57,447 bases of DNA from Prorocentrum cordatum (taxonomy: Eukaryota): positions 62,001-119,447 of the forward strand of contig CAUYUJ010000024.1 of assembly GCA_963575745.1 (NCBI GenBank), written 5' to 3'. Positions 36,101 to 46,830 of the stretch are shown here, in pieces. The position numbers and the translations under genes were made by a program. Positions within the stretch are counted from its first letter, which is position 1; each line of letters starts with the position of its first letter. The notes below the pieces were generated by a model that did no database searches, was not told the DNA's origin, and worked only from the letters and a program-made list of their open reading frames with translations.

Positions 36101-38840
36101 TACAATGTGGCTGCCTCAGGCGACTCCAGAGCTTCATGAAGAAACATAACAGCCCAATGGGCCGTGCCCCGCCCGTCGGTTTGTCCAAGAAAACCACATT
36201 GGTCAGGAACATGAGTACCGAGGTAGGCTCAACTTCGAACAGCGTTACAATCTCCAGGAGTCGCATCTGGTGACTCTCGGGCAACTGCAAGACCCACCTA
36301 GGGTGAAAACCATCCCAGCCCAATCCAGCACCTGGACTATACTTGCGGCATACTCGCAGCAAGTCTGAGAGCCGAAAGGAGGCGAGGTCAGGTTCACCTG
36401 GTGGTATGTCTCAAGTGGAAGGGCGAGGTCCACGACCGTCAACTTGCCACAAGGGGGGCGACTGCTGCAGTAAACGACGCAGCGCGGCCTGTCCAGCCGC
36501 TGGAAGATCTTCGCCGTCGCCGCCACGCCCAGAAAGACACGACACCTGCTTCTTCGAAAATGCGTGGGCGGCCTTGCCCCCTCCAGCTACAGCCTTCTTG
36601 GCCCAGGTCTTCCACTTGGCCTTCTGTTCCGCCGCGTCCAGCTTTTGGCGACGAGAAACCTCAGTGTCGAGCGCCTCGAAGGTCCCGTCCTCAGAGGTCC
36701 CCGGACTGGTTGCCAAGACGACCATCCCCTGGAGAGAAGTCTTGCCCACGCTGCCGTCCTGGAAATCCAGGTCCTGGATGATAGCCTTGAGTTTGGCACT
36801 CCGGGCGCCGAGGAGCTGCTTACCCTTGGCCCCAGGGGTCCCGCGGGCGATGGTGCTCGCTTTCCTGATCAGGGTCCCAAAGGCCGTCCAGGGGGTGGTC
36901 TGCGCCGAAAACCTTCGCCGCACGCTTCGTCCCAGCAGCGCTGAAAGAGGGGCCCTCTTGGTCTTGGGCACTGCCGTGCGGCCAGCATAGGCCCTGCCGT
37001 CCTCGACCCTGTGAATCTCCAAAAGACGGCGCCCAGCCTCGGAAAACCACTCCTTTCTAGCCAATCAAATCCGTGCTCGAGGGGGTCTGACCACTCAACT
37101 GCATGCTCGTCTGGGAGGGGGCACATTACCGTCATGTCGAACGGCTTGAAACGCACTTGCTGGTCCACGATCGTGGACGCGCTGAGGTCTCTCATCTGCA
37201 AGACAACAGGGCTGTGGGGAAAAAGCGGAGCCTCGCTGACTACCTGCACCTCGCCAACGCAGCTAGCGATCGCTTTGCTCACAACGAAGTAATCCAAGAT
37301 CGACCTCCCTTGTCATGAACTACTAGCCCTCCTTCTCCTCCCTCCTGCTGACTGCGCTGCGAAGGCAAGCGCGTAGCCGAATCGGGGGCAGCCGTGACGC
37401 CGTGCACGTGCTCGACCCAACCCGACAGCGCCAAGGCATCAGGCGTGACATTCCAGTCGGCCTGCACTACCCAGGCACGCGTGCTGCGCAGGAAGATCGC
37501 ACCTAGAATCTCGAGGATCTCTAAATTCTCCCCTGCGACACCTATGTCGTTGGTGAGATAGACACTGTATACCTCCAAGCCCGTCGGGAACCCTATGTTG
37601 ATCAGCCTGCCTGTTATGCGGCCGTCGAATTGCCCAAGACTTGGGAGCTCCAGATGACTTGATCCTAACTGAAAGTCCACCAATATGCCTACTCCTCCAG
37701 AGCTCTGCAAAGGCCCACTCCCAGTAGCCAGCGCCTTGCCCAGAGACAAGCGATAGCTATGAGACGTAGCCCAACTCTCGGCCCCAAGAATCTTGTCCGC
37801 AGCTTTCAACCTGGCCTCCTGAACCGTCACGATCGGAAACTTTCCCTGACGCACTTGCGGCCCCCAAGGGCTGGACTCGCTTTTAGCCGATAGGTCCCTG
37901 AACCAGTTGGCCACAGTGTCTGTCGTAGTCCAGGAGTTCACGTTCATGCCAAGTAAAAATAAATCAGCTGGTGGCGCGTGGTCCGATTCAGCTAGAATAT
38001 TACGATCAGGCACGCCCGCTCTATGCTCGAGGCCATGCCTGTCGGATTTTGACCGTGGTATTTTCGAAGCCGCATCAAGCTCCACTTGGGGAAGAGGGAT
38101 TGCACCATCATGTAAGTGCTGCGTCCGCAAAACTCCCTGCCCCCCCTCCTCACGCGCTGGCGCCCCCGCCTCCTGTGGAAGGGGTGCCCTGGAGGAGGGC
38201 GGGGTGGGTGGCGACTGAAGGGCCTGACGGGGAGAACCTCCGCCGCCAGGGCCTGGCGGCGGCTCCGCGTCCCGACGCCAAGCGTAGGACCAGTCGACGC
38301 AGAAGCTGCCGCCGAGGGAGGTGCCGCTGATGAGCCTGCCGAAGCCGACGGAGTCCCACACCCCGGAAGCCTCGAAAATGTCGCCGAAGACCCTGCCGCC
38401 GATGACAACGTGCCTGAAGCCACCGCGCTGCGTGTACTTGTCCCCCACCCCGAGGAGCGGGCCAGCGGGGGAAAGAAAGCGCCGCCCGTAGTCGCCGCAG
38501 GACCAGTCCACGACAAGGTACTCATCGACGATGTGGGCAAGGAGGTGTGACTTTGAGGGGCTGAATCCCCCCCCCTCCTTGCCCTGAGCAACGCTTACTG
38601 TGCGCGGTGCCCCACGCCGCGAAGGCGATCCCGACGACGCCAGCGTTGGCCAAGCCCGAGGGCCCAGCAAGCCGCCACCGCCTGCGGGTGCCAAGCCCCC
38701 ACGCTTCACGACTGGCGCGCCCAGCGTTCCCGAGATTGCCTGGGCAGGCCTCGGGCGAAGGGCAGGCACTGCAAGGCCAAGCGCCTCGCTCCAGCCCACG
38801 TCCACGACGTTACAGCTCCAGAAGCGGTCGAGCGCGTTGT
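33172..38840 (-). pseudogene. LINE-A ORF2 (AP endonuclease, reverse transcriptase, zinc knuckle, RNase H), frameshifted
   Basis: APE: MNVNSW, VQEAR, ADWN, DYFVVS, PHSPV. RT: GWDGF, LDKPTGGARPIGL, LDLAKLYENV, VAGCSGAT, VVDD, RNLG. Zinc knuckle CQLC..HRQYEC. RNase H: FLDGS, QTSKDGED, LYID, KTKAH, NQHADTFAK. Split across ORFs 37279-, 36869-37297, 36411-37064, 34269-36362, 34049-34324 and 33172-34152. Confidence 0.9.
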
Positions 38841-39898
38841 CAAAGACGCCGCGCTCTCTTGATCCCCAGAGCTGCCGCTGCCTGAGCGTACTTGTGCTTG
38901 GCGGCCTCCTGCTCCTCTCCTGGCGCGGCAGCTCGAAGTTCTTCTCCTGCCTTTCGGAGGTCCTCCGTCCGCTGCTCCAGGTCGCCATCCTCCAGCAGCT
39001 CCATGTCGATGTCGTCGCCATCCCCGTCCGCAGCTGCAATCTCCGCGCCATCGGCTCGTGCCCCCCCTGAGCCGCTGCCGCGCTGGGAAACACCCCCAGA
39101 AGCACTACCGCCAGGCACCAGCGGAGGAGGCCCCTGAGATGCTGCCTTGAGGTCGAGCGCCTCCTTCTGGAGCTTCTGCAAGACTGCGAGAGCTGTCTTC
39201 GCCTGCTCGTTGTCGAGGACCGAGGGCTCAAGCGCTGCCGAAGTGACCTTGACCACGTCATTGATGTCATTCGCGTGCACCCGAGAGTAAACCCTCTCCG
39301 CCACTGTGAGCTCCTTCCTGAGCTCATCCAGCGTCGTGGTGATCGTGGCCTCCTCTTCGAGCAGCTGCTTGCGGCGCTCCTCCAGCTTCCTCTGCAGCTG
39401 CTCCTGCTTCTCGATCTTCTTGCGCAGGCCTTCAACCCTCCAGCGAGCCGTCTGGACCGTCGGAGGGTGCTCCACCTGGTCCTGGGCCTGCTTCTGGGAG
39501 GTCGCTTGCACCACTGAATCCTCAAACTTCTTCTCCTTGAGGAAGACGAGGACGTCCTTGTACGACAGCCCGCTCGATGCGTTGCCTGCCGCTGGCTGCT
39601 GAGCCTGCGGAGGCTTGTCTCGTGCAAGGAGGCTGTCGATCTGCTTCTGCATCGCCGCGATGGTCTTGGCAGAGGTGCTGGCATTGGGCCCAGGCGGACC
39701 GCCCTTGCCGCCGCCGCCTCCTCCGCCTTTGCCACCTCGGGCCTGCTTGGCTGCCTGCTAGGCGGCTTGCACGGCTCTCTGTGGCGCTGAGTTCCCACAC
39801 TGCCGACAGCGAATGCGGGAGGCCCAGTTGTCGTACGTACCACACTTGCCGCACCCCCAACGAGGGAGGTGCGGTCCTGGAAGGACATCAGGCCCCAT
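38840..39898 (-). pseudogene. LINE-A ORF1: RanBP2-type zinc finger plus coiled coil, one in-frame TAG
   Basis: WGCGKCGTYDNWASRIRCRQCG. ORFs 39758-39988 and 38840-39652 share a frame and are separated by TAG at 39758-39760. Confidence 0.8.
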
Positions 39899-39994
39899 CC
39901 ACGCGGCGTCTTGCGCAGGGGGCGAACGTTTGGCTCGTGCCCACGAGCCGTTTCGAAGTACGTGGGCACAAGCTCGAGCTTTCCTCACAGACAG

Positions 39995-40016
39995 CTTGAG
40001 CCAAAATGGCTACGGA
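39995..40016 (-). other. Dinoflagellate spliced leader, perfect 22-mer, at the LINE-A 5' end
   Basis: Reverse complement reads TCCGTAGCCATTTTGGCTCAAG = consensus DCCGTAGCCATTTTGGCTCAAG. Confidence 0.97.
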
Positions 40017-41013
40017 GGAGGAGGAGGAGGCTGTTGAGGAGGAGGAGGAAGAGGAGGAAGAGGGGGAGGAGGAGGAGGAGGAGAGAGGAGGAGGAGGAGG
40101 AGGAGGAGGAGGAGGAGGTGGAAGAGGAGGAGGAGGAGGAGGAGGAGGAGGAGAGGAGGCGAAGGGGCAGGGGATCGGCTGAGGAGGAGGAGGGAGGCGG
40201 AGGAGGAGAGAGGAGGAAGGAGGAGGAGGAGGAGGAGGAGGAGGGGGAGGAGGCGAGGAGCGAGGAGGAGGGGGTGGAGGCGGAGGGCAGGGAGGCGGAA
40301 GGAGGAGGCGGAGGAGGAAGAAGGAGGAGAGAGGAGGAGGAGAGGAGGAGAGGAGGAAGGAAAACAGGAGAAGGATGAGAGAAGAAGTGGAGGAACAGGG
40401 GGGAGGCACTGCTGCGCAGAGCCAAAGAACGTTGACAGTCCGCCCCCGCGCCGCGCGGGCCCCCGCGGCGCGGGCGGGCGTCCGGCCGTCGCGAGAGTGG
40501 GGCCCCCCCTGGACGCCCCTGGGGGACCGTTTCCAGAGGGGGGGAACCTTCCTCTCTCCTCCTCCTCCTCCTCCTCCTCCTCCTCCTCCACCTCCTCCTC
40601 CTCCTCCTCCTCCTCTTTATCTTGTGGGGTCATCCTCCTCCCTCACTCCTCCTCCTCCTCCTCCTCCTCCTCCTCCTCCTCCTCATTCCATCTCCTCCTC
40701 CTCTCCTTCCCCTCCCCCTCCCCCTCCTCCTCCTGCTCCTCCTCCTCCTCCTCCTCTTCCTCCTCTTCTCCTCCTCCTCCTCCTCCTTCTCCTCCCCCTC
40801 CTCCTCCTCCTTCTCCTTCTCCTCCTCCTCCTCCTCCTCCTTCTTCTTCTTCTTTTCTTCTTCTCTTCTTCTTTATTATTATTATCCTCCATCTCCTTCT
40901 CCTTCTCCTCCTCCTCCCTCCTCCTCCTCGTTCTCCTCCTCCTCCTCCTCCTCGTCTCTCCTCCTCCTCCTCCTCCTCCTCCTCCTCCTCCTCCTCCTCC
41001 TCCTCCTCCTCCT
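40017..41013. repeat. (GAG)n tract then (CCT)n tract around a short GC-rich spacer
   Basis: Directly visible; similar tracts at about 16170-16455, 19320-19680, 24650-24830, 26530-26705, 27410-27850, 45873-46375 and 50670-52550. Confidence 0.95.
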
Positions 41014-41057
41014 CGCGCGGTTTTATGGAGAGTAGGAGCGCCCTTTCCCCGTCGGAG

Positions 41058-41126
41058 GCGGCCGAGTCGCCGCTGCGGTGCCCGCGGCTGCAGGAGCACC
41101 TGGCAGCCGCCCGGCTCGCCTGCCAG
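41058..41126 (+). CDS. Candidate micro-exon (AAESPLRCPRLQEHLAAARLACQ)
   Basis: 69 nt, phase 0; acceptor GGAG|G, donor CAG|GA. Confidence 0.5.
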
Positions 41127-41326
41127 GACGGCCGCGGCCGGCCCGCCCCTAGCGGGGCCATGGGAAGAGGATGAATGACCAGGGAGGAAAGGAGGATAAC
41201 GGGGGTGGGACGGAGCAGGGGGAGGGAGAAGGAGGAGGAGGAGGAGGATTCGCTGAGGATTCGCTCGCAACGGATAGTCGAATCGGCCGAAGGCGAGGCG
41301 ACTACGCTCGAAAACGGAGGTGCCCT

Positions 41327-44300
41327 TCATCCCAGGCCTGTCCTGGGCAATCTGAGGCCTCCGAAACACTGATTCGTGGTGGGGTGTCTGCCCTGCCACA
41401 AACGGTTCAAACTCCCAGCAAGGACCCGAGGATTTCCCCCTGGACAGCTGGTCCTTAGACCCCTCCATCGGCTTGTGGCGTACCTTGCGCACTTCCGACA
41501 GAATACTACCGCTTGAAGGCGCACCGTCTGGTGGCCTTCGGCTTGGGCCCGCTGGATCAACACTCCGAGCCCCACGGGAGGCCAAGGAGGGGGGGTCCAC
41601 AGGGCCCTGTGAGGGCGGTGGAGTGCCAGCTGGGCTCTCCACTCCCTCACTGGGCGTCGGGGCGGGGGCGGGGCTGCCTTGGGCCCCAGAGGGCCCAGGG
41701 CCCTCGGAGGTGACCTCGAGCCCGTGGCCGAGAACCCCGACGTGCGCGGCGAATTCCAGAATATCTGAGACCAACTGGAGCCTCTGGACATACGCGGCCC
41801 GGTACCAGGCCTCGTGCCGGTGCATTTGCGCCCCACGCTTTGCGCAGGCGTCAGCTAGTTTATTCCCAATGAACTGCTGGGGCCCTATCATGGCTCTTTG
41901 GGCCCTAGTGGCGTGGGCTCGGACTTTACAAAAGCTTATCCCTTGCTCACCTGTCCCGCCGTTTTCCTGCACGAGCCGCCAGCATTCCTGCCAGACCTCT
42001 TTGTGGGTCGTGTCAGCTCTGGCGGCCCGCTCGGGGCCTCTGGCGACGCCGTCGATCACCGACTGGCGGTCGCTGTAGACCCGCACTGGAGGCTCCGCCC
42101 TCATCGGGGCCTGGAGGACCGCTGCCAGCTCGCTCTTGTAGATCGACTGGTCGTGCTGCGATCCCTCCAGTGGCCCGAACAACGCAAACTCCTTCATGCG
42201 CTCGCTGTCGAGCTTCACGACGGCCCAGCCGTCTGTGTAGATGTCCCCGTGCACGAGGCCGTCGAAGGTGCCCTCCACCTCGCATGTGGATGAGGAGGGC
42301 AGGCTCCAGAGGTCATACTCCAGCGCTGGGTCCGCTGCGAGCCCTCTGCCCCAGAGCGCCTCGGAGGTCGCGCGCTGCTTCTCCGTCGCTACAGGCCACG
42401 TCATGGCACCACGCTGGCATATGTGGTGCCCTCCCACTCGTCGTCGGTGATCCTGCCTGGCTGAGCACACGAACGTCCTGTGGCGGTCCGTCCCTTCGTG
42501 CTCGTGGCAGGCCTTGCATATGCTGTCCTCTGCGGCACCCTTGTCGAAGAGCCGCCGCTGCGGCCAGGTGCCGCCGCACCACAGGTTGCGCACCCGTGTC
42601 TGGTGCTCCAGAGTCCACTTCTTGGTCAGCGGCCTCTTGAGCAGCGCGGCGACGAGCTCCACGAAGAGGCTGTCCAGGCCGTGCTTCTCGCCGTGTATGC
42701 GCAGCCAGTCGCTCATGAGGCCGTTCTCCGTGGCCGCGCTGATGCGCTGCCTCAGGTGTCTGAGCGGCAGCGTCCTGAGGTCTAAGTGCTCGTCGCCGAT
42801 GGTGATGCTGTGGGCCGCGAGCGTCTTCCAGCCCAGCCTCTGCACCGTGGAGATGAAGGCCCCTGCGGGCCCTTGCACCTTCTGCCATGGGGCTCTGGCT
42901 CGCCCCACACGTATTACCCACTTCTTCCACGCATTCTGGAGCTGCGCCTGGAGGCCGTCCTGGTTGGCTACCTCCTGCCACGCCATGGCCCAGTTGACCA
43001 GTGGCTCCGTGTTGGCGCGGATGGCGGGGTCGGCGCCCTGCGCGAGCAGCGTGAGCGGCGACGATCTCCCCATGGTGTTACCCCTGAATGAGGTCGCCAC
43101 GCTCTGCCGCAGGGACGCAAGGGTGGAGTTGGGCATGCCCACGACCTGCACCCCGTACATCGCCGACGGCACCTTCCCCTGTCTGATGAACGCCTGCGCA
43201 GGTCCCCCTGCTCGGCGTATGCGGGCAATGCGATCTCGCCTTGCTGGCCCTCTTGCTGAAAGCGCTAACTCGTCTCCTCCTGCCGGCCGCGGTGGTGACG
43301 CCGAGGTGGCTGGCGTGCCTCACCATCCTGATGCCGAGCGGGTGCACTCTCTTGGCGAGGCCGTCCTGCAGCGCGGTGGTCGAGGCCATGGTGACCGTCT
43401 TGCCCTCCGCGCCCTCTGCTCCTCGCTCTCCGTGCGTGGTGACCTACTGCCGCCATTGCGCTGCGGCCGCTCGGTGCACCATCTTCCAGTACCTCCTGCT
43501 GGCGGGGTCCAGCAGCGTGGCAATGAGGCCCAGGTAGTTCTGGGCGCGCTCGTCGATGTCTGTGACTCGCCAGTCTCGCAACGTGTGTACGGTGAGCGGC
43601 CAGCGAATCGTATTCCAAGTATTGGGGTCCTGCTGGCCCTCGGTGGGAGGCGCTCTGACCGCGAAGCGGTCCTGTACCCCTTCCGCCTCCTCCCGAGGGG
43701 CGTCCTCAGACTCCAGCAGCCCGTCCTCCTCGCCCGTGTCGTAGCCTGCCTCGGCCGTCTGCCCAGGTGCCCGCTCCGCGAACAGTGGCATGACGACGTC
43801 GTGGCTGAGTAGCTGCTCCTGTGCCGCGGTGCGGGGCATGGGCCTGCGCGGCTTCTGCTTGTAGTTGGCCTTCTCGAAGTGGCCCTGTCGCTTGCCCCAG
43901 TCGTCGCCCTCGAAGCTGTGGTACCTGTTGAGGTGCTTCCCGTAGGCCTCGCCGAGCTCGCTCCAGTGGCCGTCGATCTGGCTCTGAGTGTACTTCCTGT
44001 GTGCGAGCGGCCTTGGCCATCGCACTGGCTGCGAGGGGCCGCCCGTTGGCCGCGTCAGCGGCCATGGCGTCCGCTTGCACAGCACGTTCATCATGTAGTC
44101 GCTCTGCTGGTGCACTGGGACCCTCATCCTGACGGGCAAGTGCGGCGACATGTTGCATCCTTCTTGGACCTCTACCTTGAGCGTGTGTGCAGCCAAGCCG
44201 CGCGAGACGATGAAGTAGTCACGCGTGCTCCTCGTGTCATCCTGCTTCAGGCAGCTGCCCTGCTGAGTGTCTCGCACGATGACGCCGTTCATCTTGCGGA

Positions 44301-44820
44301 CGATCTCGGACTGCTCCAGCAGCTCTGGGTCCATGTTGAAGTCGTCATCGAGGATCCACTCCTTCTGGATCACATTCATGGCGGCGCCCCACTTGGCCAG
44401 GATACGCTGGGTTTTCTGCGTGAGGCCCTCGCTGTTCCACAGGTACGCGGTACCTAGCACGAGCCCCTCCTTGTTGTAGGCGCCGACCCAGGCCACGGCG
44501 AGTCTCCCCTTGGACTCTCGCGGGCTGATGTCCCACTGGTTGATCCCCTTGCGCACGAAGTCCATACCCCTACTCCGTGGCGTCGCTATCAAAACTCCAG
44601 CGCTGTGACCAGCTGTGGTCTTCGCGCTGCTCACTACACCGATGTTCCAGCCCTCTCTGCGCATGCGGGTCTGGAGAAGGTCGAGCTGCGTGCCGCTGGC
44701 GATGGCGTCCTGGTCGCTGTCCCTGATCTGCTTCATCACTCGATCCAGCGACCTCACCGTGTTGGCGTTGACCGTGTACACGGCGAGTCGCCCCTTCGGG
44801 CAGCGGCGGTTGATGCCGCC
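41327..44820 (-). pseudogene. LINE-B ORF2 remnant (APE, deleted RT, zinc knuckle, RNase H)
   Basis: VYTVNANT, DDFN, RDYFIVS, SPHLPV; stop at 43444-43446; SHLG, PSAMYG; CKAC..HRTFVC; IYTDG, KSELAAV, VYSD, KVRAH, GNKLADACAK; FCRKC...RLWQGRHP. Frameshifts near 43240 and 41600. Confidence 0.88.
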
Positions 44821-44821
44821 G

Positions 44822-45811
44822 CTACCCCCGCTGCTGCTGCACCCACTGGGTGTTGCTGATGGTGAGGGTGTGGCCCGCCTGCAGCTCGCCCACCAGCAGC
44901 TTAAGAGGAGCAACCACCTTGCCAGCCTGGTCGGGCGTGACCCCCACGTCGACGAGCGCCTTGCAGATGTCCTGCTCGCTGGCGCCCGCGGGGATCTCGA
45001 GGAGGTCCTCCTTGATGGGGCTCTCGGGGCAGCTGCGCTTGCGGTTGTCGGCGCTGCCAGCCCGCTCCTTGGCTGCGCGGGCCTGCTCCGCCCTGGCCTT
45101 CTGCTGGAGGCGCTCGGCGTGCTGCTTAGCCCGCTCCTCTTCCTGTGCCTTCTGCTCCTTGGCGTGGGCGACGGCGGTGACAAGCTGCTCCCGCTTCTCG
45201 CTCCCGTCGTCGCCGAGGCAGCGCTCCGCCTGCTCCAGGAAAGCGAGCGCTGCCGCCCATCCGTTCCCTGGGGCGGGGACGGACAACTCCTTGATCTTCT
45301 TGTCCAGGGTCTCGAGCTTGCTGTCGAACTTGCCCAGCTTGCTCTTCTCGTCGGCAAGCTTCTCGTCGAGCGCGTCCCTCTGCTCCTGGAGCGCGTCGAT
45401 CCTCTGCTGGCACTTGTTTTTCTGCTCCGCGACCCTGTTCCTGTCTCGCACCACTCTGCATTCGGTGAAGCAGCGCGGCACTCCCGTCTCCAATGATGCC
45501 TGCTCGGCGGCGAGCTTGTCCTCGAGCTGTGCCACCTGCGGCTGCAGTGATTCCTCCAGGAACGGGTCCTCGGCGAGTTTCCTGAGCTCGGCCAGCTTGG
45601 CACGGTAGTGCTGCACCTTGGCGAGCTTCTCGTCGTGGCATTTGTCCTCGGAGGCCTCTCCTGCCGCCGCGCTGGAAGATCCTGCGGCTGCTGCTGTCGG
45701 GCGTGCACCCCAGCACTTCCAGCAGTACTTGTACTTCGCTCCATTCTTGACGTTGCACGGCTCGCACCGCCACGTCGTGTTGCTGCTGCCATTGCTCTTG
45801 CTGGCAACCAT
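44822..45811 (-). CDS. LINE-B ORF1, 329 aa, RanBP2-type zinc finger plus long coiled coil
   Basis: Uninterrupted ORF from ATG 45811: MVASKSNG..WRCEPCNVKNGAKYKYCWKCW, then an E/K/Q/L-rich helical region. Confidence 0.8.
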   Translation of the reverse strand: MVASKSNGSSNTTWRCEPCNVKNGAKYKYCWKCWGARPTAAAAGSSSAAAGEASEDKCHDEKLAKVQHYRAKLAELRKLAEDPFLEESLQPQVAQLEDKLAAEQASLETGVPRCFTECRVVRDRNRVAEQKNKCQQRIDALQEQRDALDEKLADEKSKLGKFDSKLETLDKKIKELSVPAPGNGWAAALAFLEQAERCLGDDGSEKREQLVTAVAHAKEQKAQEEERAKQHAERLQQKARAEQARAAKERAGSADNRKRSCPESPIKEDLLEIPAGASEQDICKALVDVGVTPDQAGKVVAPLKLLVGELQAGHTLTISNTQWVQQQRG

Positions 45812-46569
45812 CCATCGGCTCCGACACTCGTGGCCACTCTGAAGTCTAAGTGTCAGTACACTCGGAATGGCTGAGGAGGAGGAGGAGGAAGAGGAGGAGG
45901 AGGAGCTGGAGGAGGGGCAGGGGGCAGGCGGAAGAGGAGGGAGGAGGAGGAGGAGGAGGAGGAGGAGGAGGAGGAGGAGGAGGAGACGAGGAGAAGGAGG
46001 AGAGGGAAGGAGGAGAGAGGGGGAAATAGGAGGAAGGAGGAGGAGGAGGGGAGGAGGAAGGAGAGGTGATAGGAGGATTAGGATGAGGAGAAGATGAGGA
46101 TGAGGAGGCGGAGGAGGAGAGGAGGAAGGAGGAGGAGAGAGGAGACAAGAGGCAGGGGGAAAGGGAGGAGGAGGAGATGAGGAGGAGGAGGAGAGGAGGA
46201 GGACGGATGAGAGGAGGTGAGGGGGGGGAGGCGGAGGGGCAGCCTGGGATAAGGGCGGAGGAGGATGAAGGGATAGGTCTTTGAGCTTCTTCTTCGAGGA
46301 GGAGGATGAGGAGGGGGCAGAGAAGAAGCGGAGGAGGTGGAGGAGGAGGAGGAGGAGGAGGAGGAGGAGGCGGAGCAGAAAGACGATGACGAGGACGACC
46401 ACGACGCGGACAGCGCTGGCGGCGACGCCGACGATGCTCTCCGCCTCGGGAGGTCTCTGGAGGTCCTTTGGGGCCTCTGGAGCTCTGTGAAGGTCCCCGG
46501 AGCTTCCCCCAGGGGCTCCCAGAGACACAAAAAGAACAGAAAACGCCCGACATTTTAGATCCTCGGTCC

Positions 46570-46752
46570 TCGATTGTCGAATATCGATCGTCTCGATCGT
46601 CGAACCTCGACGAAGACGACGGCGATGACGGCGGCGGCCCGGCGGCTTCGGCGACACCGAGGACCTTGGACGAGGACAACGACGGCACCAGCGACGCACG
46701 GCGACGGCGGTGACGGGCGGCGGTCGCGGCGATCGGCGGCGCCGCTGACGAC

Positions 46753-46830
<78 letters not shown>

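Larger units (their letters stand above)
33140..40016 (-). mobile_element. LINE-A: full-length non-LTR retrotransposon with a 5' spliced leader; degenerate copy
   Basis: Order SL, ORF1, APE, RT, CCHC, RNase H, C-terminal Cys motif, short CAA tail. TSD GAGGAGGAGGAGG(T/C)TGTTG at 33121-33139 and 40018-40036. Confidence 0.92.
41249..45872 (-). mobile_element. LINE-B: related non-LTR element with the RT core deleted
   Basis: ORF1, APE, RT C-terminal part, CCHC, RNase H, C-terminal Cys motif; flanked by identical (GAG)5GA at 41232-41248 and 45873-45889. Confidence 0.9.

Noticed and set aside
39995..40100. SL RNA gene at either SL match
   Set aside because: SL RNA genes continue with a GT donor and a short intron; here the SL is followed by CTGTCT (LINE 5' UTR) or CCCTTT (psbF 5' UTR).
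42514..45608. Long plus-strand ORFs over the LINEs
   Set aside because: Antisense shadows of GC3-rich minus-strand coding sequence.
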